This document shows, piece after piece, positions 1 through 10,055 of a DNA stretch of 60,967 nucleotides. The position numbers were made by a program, and so were the translations under genes. The number at the start of each line of letters is the position of its first letter. Within the stretch, counting starts at the first letter, position 1. The notes below the pieces were generated by a model. The model was not told the DNA's origin. It was given only the letters and a program-made list of their open reading frames with translations, and did no database searches. Source of the stretch: a virus (taxonomy: Duplodnaviria > Caudoviricetes); IMG/VR virus record IMGVR_UViG_3300046820_000595, positions 1 through 60,967 of that record, one strand, 5' to 3'.

Positions 1-21
1 GTTGTGGGGTAGCAGGTAAAA

Positions 22-96
22 TGCAGGATGGAGTAATGGTAACTCGCTTGGCTCATAACCAAGAGACTTCTGGTTCAAGTCCAGATCCTGCAACCA
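22..96 (+). tRNA. tRNA with CAT anticodon (Met; fMet or Ile2 identity not excluded)
   Basis: Acceptor stem TGCAGGA/TCCTGCA, anticodon arm CTTGG-CTCATAA-CCAAG, T-loop GTTCAAGTC, encoded 3' ACCA. Confidence 0.93.
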
Positions 97-97
97 A

Positions 98-111
98 TTT
101 AGCCGTCTAAA
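98..111. promoter_or_regulatory. Dispersed palindromic box TTTAGCCGTCTAAA
   Basis: One of 12 TTTAG-N4-CTAAA copies; between the tRNA and the next start codon. Confidence 0.7.
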
Positions 112-114
112 AAA

Positions 115-966
115 ATGTCAAAGTCATTATTAGGTAAAGCATTTCAAGTTGCTAAGAAAGACGATTCAGCAAGAGTCGTATTAAAAAATAATGCTCCATC
201 CACAAAACAAGCATCAGTTAAATTAGGCAAAGCGTTTCAACCTAATGATAATTCTCCATTTGCATCCGCAAATAATTTCTTTGGAGGACTTTCTGGCAAC
301 ACTGTCAAACTCCCCAATAAAATCAATCTTACCAAAAAAGAAATTGCTAAATTTGAACGACCACCAGTAAGCGAGCAGCTCGTAGAGCAATATAGTCCAC
401 TTGAGAGAGCTGTTCAAAATTTAGAGACTCTTAACGATTTGGCATCAGGCGCTTTATTTGTCAATTCATTGGCTTTGTCTAATCCTAATGCTGCTTCATT
501 GCCAAAACCATTTAAGTCACTAAATAAAATTGCTGGCAAAATTGGAGCAAAAAATGATTATGCCGACGTAGCTCTTTGGGCTGTTGATGCAAGCAGAGCT
601 TTACTTGATCCAGAATACAGATCCGAAATAGACAAGGGAATCAATAGGTTTATGGACTCAGGACTTGAAGGATCTGACATGGTTGCGCAAGCTCTTCAGT
701 ATGGGGCGCAAAGGCCAGTTGGTCACGCTGCTGGTTTAATGCGATCATATCAAAATACAGCTAAAGAGCAAAAACGACTTGATGCTGAAAACGTTGTTCT
801 TGATCAAAAGCTTAAAAAAAAGAAAGAGGACAGCAAGTCAGCAATTATTCCAAAGGGATCAAAAGTTGATGATCAAAATGTTGGCAAGTTCAAAAAAGAA
901 GAAGAAGACGCGCTTAAAGCGGCAAGAGATTTTTTCCTGAAATCCAATCAGCAATCCATAATGTAA
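115..966 (+). CDS. Hypothetical protein (283 aa, no Cys seen; possibly virion-associated)
   Basis: Long ORF on the structural-gene strand; no recognisable motif. Confidence 0.75.
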   Translation: MSKSLLGKAFQVAKKDDSARVVLKNNAPSTKQASVKLGKAFQPNDNSPFASANNFFGGLSGNTVKLPNKINLTKKEIAKFERPPVSEQLVEQYSPLERAVQNLETLNDLASGALFVNSLALSNPNAASLPKPFKSLNKIAGKIGAKNDYADVALWAVDASRALLDPEYRSEIDKGINRFMDSGLEGSDMVAQALQYGAQRPVGHAAGLMRSYQNTAKEQKRLDAENVVLDQKLKKKKEDSKSAIIPKGSKVDDQNVGKFKKEEEDALKAARDFFLKSNQQSIM

Positions 967-980
967 TTTAGCCGCCTAAA
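967..980. promoter_or_regulatory. Dispersed palindromic box TTTAGCCGCCTAAA
   Basis: Directly after a stop codon and 8 bp upstream of a -35 element. Confidence 0.7.
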
Positions 981-988
981 GAAACGTC

Positions 989-1016
989 TTGAATTATTGG
1001 CGTTATTTGCTAACTT
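989..1016 (+). promoter_or_regulatory. Sigma70-like promoter TTGAAT-N16-TAACTT
   Basis: Same geometry as four other + strand promoters; ATG follows 9 nt after the -10. Confidence 0.55.
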
Positions 1017-1025
1017 CGTGCAGGT

Positions 1026-3860
1026 ATGAGTATTTCATTGCAACGCTACCCAGTATTTGATGTAGCCACCCCGCTTAAAGACCTATTGTTTTTCGAGGTT
1101 GTTGATTACAATCTACAGGCAAATAGAAACATGTCTTATGGTGATGCGCATCATGATGTAGCAAAATATCCTCATCACGTTCTTGTTTACATTACTCCAG
1201 CAGATAAAGAAGGAAAGTTTTACAGGTTTTATTATGCTGCTAAAAGAGAGAATCAAGACCAATACAATTGGGAGTCGGCTCCTACCCAGATTGGCGGCAT
1301 AACAGTTGATTCTGTATCAAGAACATACATTATTCCTAGAAGTGAATTTAATGTTAGTAGCCCAGCAATTGGCTCGGCAATGCCAGATGTTCCATCAGGA
1401 AAATTTGGAACTGGATGGAAACTTTTTAATGTTATTCAAGGTAGAACATCTGAGCCAGAATTAGATTCTATTTATGTTGTTGTTAAAAGGATTTATGTAA
1501 AAGACACTCAAGCAATTGGTAAAGAATATGGGAAAATTGTAACTGAGGATATTCAGATTAATACATTAGTTCCAGAAAACACTCAACCAGATACGGGCAT
1601 TGAAATCCTTTCATCTCAGGTAACGCCCATTGGAAACGGGTTGGCAACAAAAGAGACTAGGAGTGTCACGGGTGGCGTATGGCCAGATCCTATAGAGAAA
1701 CAAGTGTCCAAGTCGCGGGAGAATCTTATTCCGCAAAAGTTCAGAAGTTTTATTACGCGACTCCTCACATCGCGCAAAGTGGCAAATGTCCCTGACAGCG
1801 TTACGCTTGGCGGAAACGTGGTCGGGAAAGAATACGTCCGCGAGACGCCCGATCGCGTTGACGAAAAAATAATTGAGGAGATTCTGGATGAGAATGTCGA
1901 AGACCTCGAAGGGGAGCAATACGGCAAGATCGTCACTGTTTCCACTTTTGAGAAACTGGTAGAAGAAGGAACTCCTGCTGAGACAGGCATTAACGTAATG
2001 TCCAGTACGGTCACGCCGCTAGGAAACGGCAAATCTATCAAGCAAGACGAAATCGTTAAAGGCGGCTGGCCTAATCCTGTTGAAAAGCAAATATCCAAAA
2101 CGAGAGACAATCTCATCCCCCAAAAATTTAGAAACTTTGTAACTCGGCTTATGGTGTCACGCAAAGTGACCAACACCCCCGAATTTATTATTTTGACTGG
2201 TGATGAGATCGGCAAGGAATACGTAAAGGAGACACCTGACCGTGTTGATGAAAAAGTAACTACTGAAACTATTGATGAAAATGTAGAGCCTTTGACTGGG
2301 GAATCTTACGGCAAAATTGTTACCGTTGAAACAGAGGAAACACTTGTAGAAGAAGGCACCCCAGCAGAAACGGGGATAGCCATTCTCACTTCTACCGTCA
2401 CCCCTCTAGGAAATGGAAAGGCAATTAAGGCAACTGAAAAAGTCAAAGGTGGAGTTTGGCCAGATCCAGTTACAAGAGGGTTGCAAAGAGTTCGCGACAA
2501 CCTCATCCCTCAGAAGTTTAGAAACTTTGTTGTAAGAACTACAACTAGCCGAAAAGTTTCTTCTGCGCCAGAATCAATTACTTTGTCTGGCGATGTTGTA
2601 GCTAAAAACTACATTAGAGAAACGCCTGATCGTTTTGAAGAAGAAACAGTGACTGAAACCGTTGACGAGAACGTAACCCCTTTATCGGGCAAGCAAGTTG
2701 TCACTAATTTTGGTGGCGGTGTAGCAGATACTATTGAAAGCCTCGTTAATGAAGTCGGGGAGGTAACTGGAGGATTTAATGTCGTCTCTGAAAGCGTAAC
2801 ACCTCTTGGTAATGGCAAATTCATTAGAGAAAAAGTTAGCGTGGAAGATGCGTGGCCAGTTCTCCAAGGATCAAAGTATGATCCAGATTTGAACATTTCT
2901 TTTTCTTTTACCGATGAAGTGCGTCCAGCCAATGCGGGAGGGGGGCAAGGCATTGACGTTGACCCACTTGATAAATGGAGGTCTAAAGTAAGAACCCAAA
3001 ACGTATCTGAAATAGTTGAGCAGCTTGCAGATATTCACGTAATACTTCCCACCCAACAAAACATCCAACTTCCAAACACTCTTCAATCTGTAAAAGTTAT
3101 TGTTTCAAGGACACTAGGGAATGGCAACTCCGTAAGCATGGGAAGTTCCTTTAGCCTTGGCATGGATAGCGCAGTTTCGGTGTCTGCGGATTTAACATGG
3201 CAAGTAAAAGAAGGGTATAGCGGTCCAGTTGACGCAGAAATCCATGTTTTTTACATGCCACTTGGAGGCGTGACCGCCGAAGACATACAGACGAAAGTAG
3301 GAGCGCAGCCATGGCCGCAATACGCACCAGTATCGCACAGACTTGTCATTACGGGTCACGGTGTTACAAAATCATACGATAGCCGTAGGTCAGCCGATGG
3401 ATTTTCTATGTCAGAATCCTCAACGGTAACAGCATTAACAAACTCAGCTATTTTGCCTCAGTGCATCAACGACCAGATTGATGTGCAAATTGAATACATT
3501 GACTTGGTAGCACCTACATCGGGCATCGATGAAGCTATTGATGCAGCAGTAGCAGCTCACACTGCTAAAGTTGAAGCTCAAATTGCAGAAGTTGAGTCTG
3601 GTTTCTATCTTGGAATACCAATTACTGCCTCTCAATCAACAGTTTTAAAACAAAGACTTGAATTTAATTTGAGCGAAGCTAGATTTGTAGGCGACTTAGT
3701 TTTGGCCGACTTTCCCGTTAAAGTCAGACCAGCGACAATTTCTCCTACATCCCCAGCAGCTATTGTGGAAGGAAAGTATGTTTACAGCGCAAATGTTCAA
3801 CAGTATGCGTATGGAATGGTTCGCGTGACAGCGGTCGTGGTAAATTTAACAGGAGTATGA
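1026..3860 (+). CDS. Putative virion structural/tail protein with internal ~130-aa tandem repeats
   Basis: 944-aa ORF, Val/Thr/Glu/Pro-rich; repeated blocks GxxYGKIVT...VTPxGNG...WPxP...NLIPQKFR...RETPDR...DENV. Confidence 0.7.
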   Translation: MSISLQRYPVFDVATPLKDLLFFEVVDYNLQANRNMSYGDAHHDVAKYPHHVLVYITPADKEGKFYRFYYAAKRENQDQYNWESAPTQIGGITVDSVSRTYIIPRSEFNVSSPAIGSAMPDVPSGKFGTGWKLFNVIQGRTSEPELDSIYVVVKRIYVKDTQAIGKEYGKIVTEDIQINTLVPENTQPDTGIEILSSQVTPIGNGLATKETRSVTGGVWPDPIEKQVSKSRENLIPQKFRSFITRLLTSRKVANVPDSVTLGGNVVGKEYVRETPDRVDEKIIEEILDENVEDLEGEQYGKIVTVSTFEKLVEEGTPAETGINVMSSTVTPLGNGKSIKQDEIVKGGWPNPVEKQISKTRDNLIPQKFRNFVTRLMVSRKVTNTPEFIILTGDEIGKEYVKETPDRVDEKVTTETIDENVEPLTGESYGKIVTVETEETLVEEGTPAETGIAILTSTVTPLGNGKAIKATEKVKGGVWPDPVTRGLQRVRDNLIPQKFRNFVVRTTTSRKVSSAPESITLSGDVVAKNYIRETPDRFEEETVTETVDENVTPLSGKQVVTNFGGGVADTIESLVNEVGEVTGGFNVVSESVTPLGNGKFIREKVSVEDAWPVLQGSKYDPDLNISFSFTDEVRPANAGGGQGIDVDPLDKWRSKVRTQNVSEIVEQLADIHVILPTQQNIQLPNTLQSVKVIVSRTLGNGNSVSMGSSFSLGMDSAVSVSADLTWQVKEGYSGPVDAEIHVFYMPLGGVTAEDIQTKVGAQPWPQYAPVSHRLVITGHGVTKSYDSRRSADGFSMSESSTVTALTNSAILPQCINDQIDVQIEYIDLVAPTSGIDEAIDAAVAAHTAKVEAQIAEVESGFYLGIPITASQSTVLKQRLEFNLSEARFVGDLVLADFPVKVRPATISPTSPAAIVEGKYVYSANVQQYAYGMVRVTAVVVNLTGV
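1518..2850 (+). repeat. Three full and one partial ~390-bp coding repeats
   Basis: Units start near 1518, 1911, 2298 and 2688; conserved at protein level, with many synonymous differences. Confidence 0.85.
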
Positions 3861-3861
3861 T

Positions 3862-5130
3862 ATGAGCAGTGATCCAGACTACGCAAGCATTGTCCACAAC
3901 GAAGAAGCTACTGCGGAGCTTAGAATCGCAAAAGCATTGGAAGAAGCCAAAGCGGAAGCATCCCGCATTGCTACTGAGGCGATCAACGAAGCGTTAAAAG
4001 CCCGAGACCTTAAAAACGCTCCTCTGTTTGGGAATGAAATACGAGACGCAACACAGGTGAATTACCGACCAGCGTTGCAAATGGAGCGCGAAAACATAGT
4101 AAAAAAATCTGAGCTTCCTACCCTAAAAAGGGACATTCCTCCCTTTTTGTCAGACGAGGAAAAAATGTTTTTGCCAAACAGAAGAAAGCCCTATGCTTTT
4201 TGCTTAGATGTTTATGGGGAAACAGTAGGCATTTGGCCGGGCGTGCTACTCACTGCGCGAACCATGATTTCGGCTTTGTCGGAAGATGGCAGAATTAGCA
4301 TTTCTGGGCAAGACGCAATCCCCACAACCGACATCGTTTATGCTGATAACATAGACTACGACGTAGAAGCCCCAACGGAGTTACCGTGGGTCGGAGATGT
4401 GTATGGGTATTGGGAGGCAAATGACCAAGGAGAGGTGACGCTTTTTGATATTCGAGGACCAGAAAAACCAGATGCTGAAAGCATAAGCGCGTTAAGCCAA
4501 AGCATGCAAAGGGATACGCCAGCAGGAAAGTATTGCATTTTAATTGGAAGTGTCTCCGTAGATAAAGTTGTAAAACAACACGTATCTAGCGACATCCCGT
4601 GGTTTGTAACAATTCTCAGAGGACCACACGGATCTAGCAGTTATTCTGGAACAAGCGATTCAAGCGGTTCAAGTGACTCTGGTGGCTCTACAAGCGACTC
4701 TGGCGGCTCTACAAGCGGTTCAGACAAAAGCACCTGTATCGTTCCTGCATCATGGGCTAGGACAGGCTACACCGCTTTGTTCACCATGGAAAGCCCCGAA
4801 GTGGTCTTTCGAGATGCTTTCAAAGACTTGCAACTCCGAAAAAAAGTGAGCAGGTTTTTGATTGACCCTCGGTTTACGGAAGCGTGTGTTGCCCACACAA
4901 TCAGGGCGATTGGTTATTCCGCGAACAAACCACACCCTCTCGGAATATCAGTAGAGCACGGACAGTTGGTAATCGAGAAGCCTTTATTTGCAGGAGACAT
5001 GATTGCCCAAGTGGAAATCACAGGCATTCGTCGAGGGTTCTACGGAATGCGATTCCCGCTCCGCGATGCAGAACAATTTAAAGCAAACGAAGCAACGCTG
5101 AATGCAGCATATCCCGCCAAAAATCTATGA
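3862..5130 (+). CDS. Putative tail fibre/tip-associated protein with Ser/Gly linker and C-terminal chaperone-like domain
   Basis: SG-rich tract (includes a 21-bp near-duplicate at 4675-4716), then KSTCIVP...YTALFTMESPEVVFRD...ITGIRRGF, resembling C-terminal domains of phage tail-fibre proteins. Confidence 0.55.
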   Translation: MSSDPDYASIVHNEEATAELRIAKALEEAKAEASRIATEAINEALKARDLKNAPLFGNEIRDATQVNYRPALQMERENIVKKSELPTLKRDIPPFLSDEEKMFLPNRRKPYAFCLDVYGETVGIWPGVLLTARTMISALSEDGRISISGQDAIPTTDIVYADNIDYDVEAPTELPWVGDVYGYWEANDQGEVTLFDIRGPEKPDAESISALSQSMQRDTPAGKYCILIGSVSVDKVVKQHVSSDIPWFVTILRGPHGSSSYSGTSDSSGSSDSGGSTSDSGGSTSGSDKSTCIVPASWARTGYTALFTMESPEVVFRDAFKDLQLRKKVSRFLIDPRFTEACVAHTIRAIGYSANKPHPLGISVEHGQLVIEKPLFAGDMIAQVEITGIRRGFYGMRFPLRDAEQFKANEATLNAAYPAKNL

Positions 5131-5555
5131 GTTATGGAGCAGCAAAATCTTCTGGGTCAATATCGGAAAGCAGCGGGTCTAGCAGCGACTCGTTTTCAAG
5201 CAGCGGATCTAGTAGCGGATGCAGCGCACCTGCTTCAATAAGTCAACAGATTCGAGAAGAATTTGAGGGATACGTCCAAGCAGATCAAATCATAAGCCTG
5301 CAAAACTCAGGGTATGACCCCTTGCAGCACAACATTGAAGTAGTGCTTACCAGCCCCATTATTTTGGATTACGGAACGATTGGCGGGGTCAGCATAACAG
5401 GTGCGGATCAGTTTGAGGACACTTTTACTGTTGGATACTCTATCAGCACGGAAGATGGGTTATTGCTGCTCACTGTTATTGCCGAGGGGTATACAGAGTC
5501 CCCCGCATTAGGCGTAATACAAGGACTTCTCACCGTAAACTTTTCTTGCAAATGA
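5127..5555 (+). CDS. Hypothetical protein with Ser-rich N-terminus
   Basis: ATGA-coupled to both neighbours; SSGS-rich first ~35 aa. Confidence 0.7.
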   Translation: MSYGAAKSSGSISESSGSSSDSFSSSGSSSGCSAPASISQQIREEFEGYVQADQIISLQNSGYDPLQHNIEVVLTSPIILDYGTIGGVSITGADQFEDTFTVGYSISTEDGLLLLTVIAEGYTESPALGVIQGLLTVNFSCK

Positions 5556-6883
5556 CTAGGCTTATCGCACTCTACTGGGACACTAACCCGACAAGGATGG
5601 CTGAAATCAACCATGCTTTATGGCAAAACGTCCAAAACCCTGACATTGACGAAGTGGTTCTTTTGATTTCAGAAGGAACGCAAAGTCGTTTGCCTGAGAA
5701 TCCTAAAATCCGATACATCGAGCTTCCAACGCAGCGACCAACCTACAAAGAAATTTTTGACACTGCCAACTCGTTGCTCACTTCTCCACATGATCGCACA
5801 GTCCTGATAAACTCAGATTGTTATTTCGAGGTAGGAGATTTGGCAAAACTGCAAGGCGCAGACTGGCGGCAATTCATGTTTGTTGTGACACGCAGAGATG
5901 AGGGAACTGACGGCAACGACCTTTGGTACACTGGGCAAGACGCGTGGATATTTACAGGGAGAATCCGCCCGATGAAGTGGCTTGATTTCACCCCTGGCAG
6001 TCCCAAGTGCGACTGGTATTTAGCGTGGCTTGCGAGACATGCTGGGTATCTGATTGCCAACCTCGAAGGTGACATGACGTTGTGGCATCTTCACAAAAGC
6101 GAAATACGAACGCTAAATCCCATTGTTTCTCCCCCTCGGCATTTGCAAGTCGGGGAGATACGCGAGATCAAGCCCACTCGCTTGGCGAGCATTCCACACC
6201 CGCAAAATGTCCGCACAGGAGTCATAGCTTACTCTCTTTACGGAAGTGAAGCGATTTACTTGCACGGTGCTTGCATCAATGCCGAAATGACCCGACACAT
6301 CTACGCAGGGTTTATCCCACGTTTTTACATCGACGAAACCGTGCCATGCGACATTGTAGCAAGGCTTGTCGAGTTACATTGTGAAATTGTTTGGATGCCG
6401 CGACACGAAGGACACGAAGGCGCATTGTGGAGACTCAAAGCGTTAGAAGACCCTAGTGTAGATTTTGTTTGCATCCGCGATGTCGATAGCAGATTGTCAT
6501 ACCGAGATCGAACAATGTTCGAGCAATGGGTGCAATCAGGGTTTGAATATCACGCTGTCCGAGATCACCCATGGCACAAAAACCCCGTAATTCTCGCGCA
6601 CTTCAATTCGCGCAAGGCTTTCACACTCCCAACCATGGAAGGGCTGTCAAAAAGCTACGGGCAAGACGAATGGTATTTCGCCAATAGGGTTCTTCCTTTG
6701 CTTGGCGATTCGGTAGCATACCACGACACTTTTTGCTCGTCAGCTCCGTTGCAAGGCGCAAAACTGTTTTCGCATCCCCTCAGTGAAGACTGGTCTTACT
6801 ATGTAGGAGTAAAAATATGGCCCGACGAGGGCATGGACCCAGCAACGCTTGCCCCGATATTTCCAAACACAAATACCAATTAA
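5552..6883 (+). CDS. Two-domain putative glycosyltransferase
   Basis: N-domain with INSDCYF and QDAWIF...CD; C-domain IAYSLYG...Y..GA..NA...RFYID...RDVDSRL...VRDHPWH containing a GT-A-like DxD. Start set at ATG 5552, overlapping the upstream TGA. Confidence 0.6.
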   Translation: MTRLIALYWDTNPTRMAEINHALWQNVQNPDIDEVVLLISEGTQSRLPENPKIRYIELPTQRPTYKEIFDTANSLLTSPHDRTVLINSDCYFEVGDLAKLQGADWRQFMFVVTRRDEGTDGNDLWYTGQDAWIFTGRIRPMKWLDFTPGSPKCDWYLAWLARHAGYLIANLEGDMTLWHLHKSEIRTLNPIVSPPRHLQVGEIREIKPTRLASIPHPQNVRTGVIAYSLYGSEAIYLHGACINAEMTRHIYAGFIPRFYIDETVPCDIVARLVELHCEIVWMPRHEGHEGALWRLKALEDPSVDFVCIRDVDSRLSYRDRTMFEQWVQSGFEYHAVRDHPWHKNPVILAHFNSRKAFTLPTMEGLSKSYGQDEWYFANRVLPLLGDSVAYHDTFCSSAPLQGAKLFSHPLSEDWSYYVGVKIWPDEGMDPATLAPIFPNTNTN

Positions 6884-6884
6884 A

Positions 6885-7865
6885 ATGCTACTTGACTACT
6901 ACGACCGCATCATTGTTATCAATCTCAAGCACAACCCTGACCGCCTAAAACGACTGCTCAAGCAAATTGAACCTTACGCGCCCGAAAGCAAGATCCGCGT
7001 GCAAGAGGCAATTTACGGGCAAGAGCTTTTTGCTCCTGCATGGTGGAAACAAGGAAATGGCGCATGGGGATGCTTGCAGAGCCATATCAGAGCGTTGCAA
7101 GACGCATGGCAATCGGGAGACGAAAAAACCCTCATCATCGAAGATGATGCCATTCTTGACGCAAACGGATTTGATTACTTTCAAGTGCTCATCAACAACT
7201 GCCCCGACGACTGGGCGCAAATGTATCTCGGGGGACAACATCAGCATCAACCAGAGATTGAAGATGGGTATTTCATCGGCAGAAGTGTAAACCGAACCCA
7301 CGCCTACGCCGTGCAGAGACATGCCATACCCAAAATTCTGCAACACATTCAGCATTACCCTGACTACGGAACATGGAGGCATGTCGATCACCAGCTAGAA
7401 CTCGCGCACATGCGGAAAGACTGGAAAGTCGTTTGTCCTGTTTGGTGGCTTTTTGGGCAAGGAGAAAACAAGAGTGGAATCAATGGCAGAAGTCACCCTG
7501 ATAAATGGTGGGACTGGGCAGATCCAGAGATGATAAAAGAATATCCGTGGGTAGTTGTAGACGACACCACGAATGAAGAGGAACTAGCAGCGTGTCGCCA
7601 CGCTCTACATTTCGGTTGGTCATTGGCGCAAGACGGGAAGACCGACGTAGGGATGCAGCTTGGCATGTCAAAAAGAAACCGATCAAACCTGACAAAAGCG
7701 ATTAACACCATTGCAAGAGAGGCGTGGGATATGAGAAAGCTCCCTGCTGTTTATTTCGGAAACGAAGATTACAGAGACGTGTTTCTCAAAACGACAAACC
7801 CTAAGACATTGCCATTATCAGAAGTAGGTATTTTTGATTTCAAAAAATGGTCTAATGAATTTTAA
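6885..7865 (+). CDS. Glycosyltransferase family 25-like protein
   Basis: VINL...DRL, GCLQSH, IIEDDA, YLGG, THAYAV, HVD motifs typical of GT25. Start set at ATG 6885. Confidence 0.8.
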   Translation: MLLDYYDRIIVINLKHNPDRLKRLLKQIEPYAPESKIRVQEAIYGQELFAPAWWKQGNGAWGCLQSHIRALQDAWQSGDEKTLIIEDDAILDANGFDYFQVLINNCPDDWAQMYLGGQHQHQPEIEDGYFIGRSVNRTHAYAVQRHAIPKILQHIQHYPDYGTWRHVDHQLELAHMRKDWKVVCPVWWLFGQGENKSGINGRSHPDKWWDWADPEMIKEYPWVVVDDTTNEEELAACRHALHFGWSLAQDGKTDVGMQLGMSKRNRSNLTKAINTIAREAWDMRKLPAVYFGNEDYRDVFLKTTNPKTLPLSEVGIFDFKKWSNEF

Positions 7866-7875
7866 TTGTCTTTAA

Positions 7876-7889
7876 TTTAGCCGACTAAA
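7876..7889. promoter_or_regulatory. Dispersed palindromic box TTTAGCCGACTAAA
   Basis: Intergenic, 12 bp upstream of a -35 element. Confidence 0.7.
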
Positions 7890-7901
7890 AACAGATTCTT
7901 C

Positions 7902-7929
7902 TTGCAATTCAATGTATTATCTGTAAAGT
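7902..7929 (+). promoter_or_regulatory. Sigma70-like promoter TTGCAA-N16-TAAAGT
   Basis: ATG 7936 lies 6 nt after the -10; no Shine-Dalgarno. Confidence 0.6.
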
Positions 7930-7935
7930 CGGCTT

Positions 7936-8604
7936 ATGTCTCAGTCGCTTACATTTGCGGAAGCTCAGCAGCGTTTTGCCAACCTAGTTACAACTGAGGT
8001 GAATATTGCCGATGCAATTCAGGAAGTTGTTGATCGCGCTTATGAAATGGGGCGCTGGAGAGGTATGACTGAAGAGATTGTATGCAATAACAACCCCAAT
8101 GTGACATTTGTTGAAAATACGGAAAAGGAAGAAATTTACATTGATTTCAATCCAGACATATTTGATGGCGCTATTGGGTTTAGATACAAGTCCCGTGGGT
8201 ATTACATCAAAACATTGATTTCTCTTTATCAAGAAGACCCGAGCGTAGGCATTGGCTATTTCATTGACCTTGGTGATGTTGTAGTTAACAATGTCATTTA
8301 TCGTCGCTATCGGATGCCGCTGCACTGGCAGATGCCCACAGAGCCTCTCTACGCCCTCATGAAGAAGGTTAGCATCAACCCACTAGAAGATGACACGATC
8401 CTCCCAATCAAGAGCATTGGCGCGTTAAAGGCTGGCATTCTTGCCGTAGCATACGAAAACGTAAACGACATTGAGAGATCGGAGATTCACTGGCAAAGAT
8501 TTGCTCAGCTTATGGAGAAGGCTCAAAAGCAATACAATGGCAATCGTAAGATTCACATTCGTATCAATGACAACATGAAGAAACGTCCAACGCAATTCAG
8601 ATAA
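7936..8604 (+). CDS. Putative structural protein (head-tail adaptor/tail tubular-like)
   Basis: Size, position ahead of internal-protein-like genes, and helical N- and C-termini; function inferred only. Confidence 0.45.
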   Translation: MSQSLTFAEAQQRFANLVTTEVNIADAIQEVVDRAYEMGRWRGMTEEIVCNNNPNVTFVENTEKEEIYIDFNPDIFDGAIGFRYKSRGYYIKTLISLYQEDPSVGIGYFIDLGDVVVNNVIYRRYRMPLHWQMPTEPLYALMKKVSINPLEDDTILPIKSIGALKAGILAVAYENVNDIERSEIHWQRFAQLMEKAQKQYNGNRKIHIRINDNMKKRPTQFR

Positions 8605-8605
8605 T

Positions 8606-10051
8606 ATGGGTGCTAAAAGAAAAAATCAACAAGAAGATCCAGACAAGTATTTCGGAAAAGAAGATTACTTCAAGAACAAGGATCAACAACGCCGTGCTGT
8701 AAACAATCTACGTCGTGAAGAGCGTAATGCTCGGATTATGCAGCAAGGTCTTACACGTAATATCAAGAAATTGATTAGAGATGAAAAAGACCCTTCTGGT
8801 TTAATTAGAGCAGCTGAAGCTCTTGGTGTGAATCCTGTTGGTGGTGGAGGTTTTGGTGAAGAAGCGTCCGATAGGGATGCTCGTCTAAAATTAGAAGCCG
8901 ATCAAAATTTTAACGCATTAAAACGAGCAGAAGAACAAAGATTTGGGAAAAACAAACCTAATGCTCCCGCCAATGCTCCAGCTGGCACTGATGCTTCTGC
9001 ACCCGCGACGACAACCCCACCTGCCGCACCAACTGCCACTACTCCAACAGTTGCGGGAACTGAAGATGTATCACCAACTAAACTCGATGCTGGATTAATG
9101 ATGGATGATGCTGGTGGTAAATACTCCACAGATTTAGCCAAAAGAGCAAATGCTGTATTGTCTGAAAAGGGTGACAGTAAACAATTCGAGCAAGGCTTGT
9201 CTAATGCAATGGGCATGGCTAAAACTCAAAAAGAAATTGATGAATTAAGACAAGTGGCAATTGAGTCAGGCATTCCTGTTGATCGTTTTAATGCTCAAGC
9301 TAATCCGTCTTTATTGCAAGGCGCACCTGAGTGGGCTAAGGATGTCAAAAACGACTCTACATTCAAAGGCCAAGACTTAACTAGGTTTGGTAATATGACC
9401 AGAGAAGAAGCTCGTGCAAAACTCATGAGTGAACGCGCATCAAAACTAATGGGTGGATTCAATAAAGCTGGTAGACAACTTAGCGAAAAAGAAGAAAATG
9501 AAAACAATCTTAGTAGACGAACTGCTGAATATTCACAGCAATTAAAAGACCTAAAATCTTTTGAGGCTACTCAAAAAGCTGACATGGCTAGAAAAAAAGC
9601 CATTCAGGACAAATATCCAGCAATGACAGATGAAGAAAGAAAGTCTATGATGGGTCTTGCTGATCGCGCATTTGCTCAAATTGATAAAGCTAAAAATCTT
9701 TCTTATGAAATTTCTAATTATGGAACATTTGGTGGACTTAGTGAACAAAGCGCGCCTAGTAGTTATCAACCTGAAAAAGACCCAGAGTATTTAAAGAATC
9801 TTGCGAGAGCAAGAAATAACATGGCTGCTCAATCAAAAGCAGATGCAGAACTTGATAAAGCTATGCAAAATTCCCAAGATGACGCAAGAATCGGAGATAG
9901 TGTTGATAGAGAAATTGCAAACGTTTTTCAGGATAATTTCAACAAACAACAAAGATACCAAAATAGACCTGAAGCAGTATTGTTTAGAGGCTTTTCAGAA
10001 GCCACTAGAAATGTAACTAAAAGAATCCTTGAACTAAATTTATTTGAATAA
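8606..10051 (+). CDS. Putative internal virion (ejection) protein
   Basis: 481 aa, charged/helical, Ala-Pro-Thr linker, no Cys seen; precedes the giant ORF. Confidence 0.5.
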   Translation: MGAKRKNQQEDPDKYFGKEDYFKNKDQQRRAVNNLRREERNARIMQQGLTRNIKKLIRDEKDPSGLIRAAEALGVNPVGGGGFGEEASDRDARLKLEADQNFNALKRAEEQRFGKNKPNAPANAPAGTDASAPATTTPPAAPTATTPTVAGTEDVSPTKLDAGLMMDDAGGKYSTDLAKRANAVLSEKGDSKQFEQGLSNAMGMAKTQKEIDELRQVAIESGIPVDRFNAQANPSLLQGAPEWAKDVKNDSTFKGQDLTRFGNMTREEARAKLMSERASKLMGGFNKAGRQLSEKEENENNLSRRTAEYSQQLKDLKSFEATQKADMARKKAIQDKYPAMTDEERKSMMGLADRAFAQIDKAKNLSYEISNYGTFGGLSEQSAPSSYQPEKDPEYLKNLARARNNMAAQSKADAELDKAMQNSQDDARIGDSVDREIANVFQDNFNKQQRYQNRPEAVLFRGFSEATRNVTKRILELNLFE

Positions 10052-10055
10052 CAAT

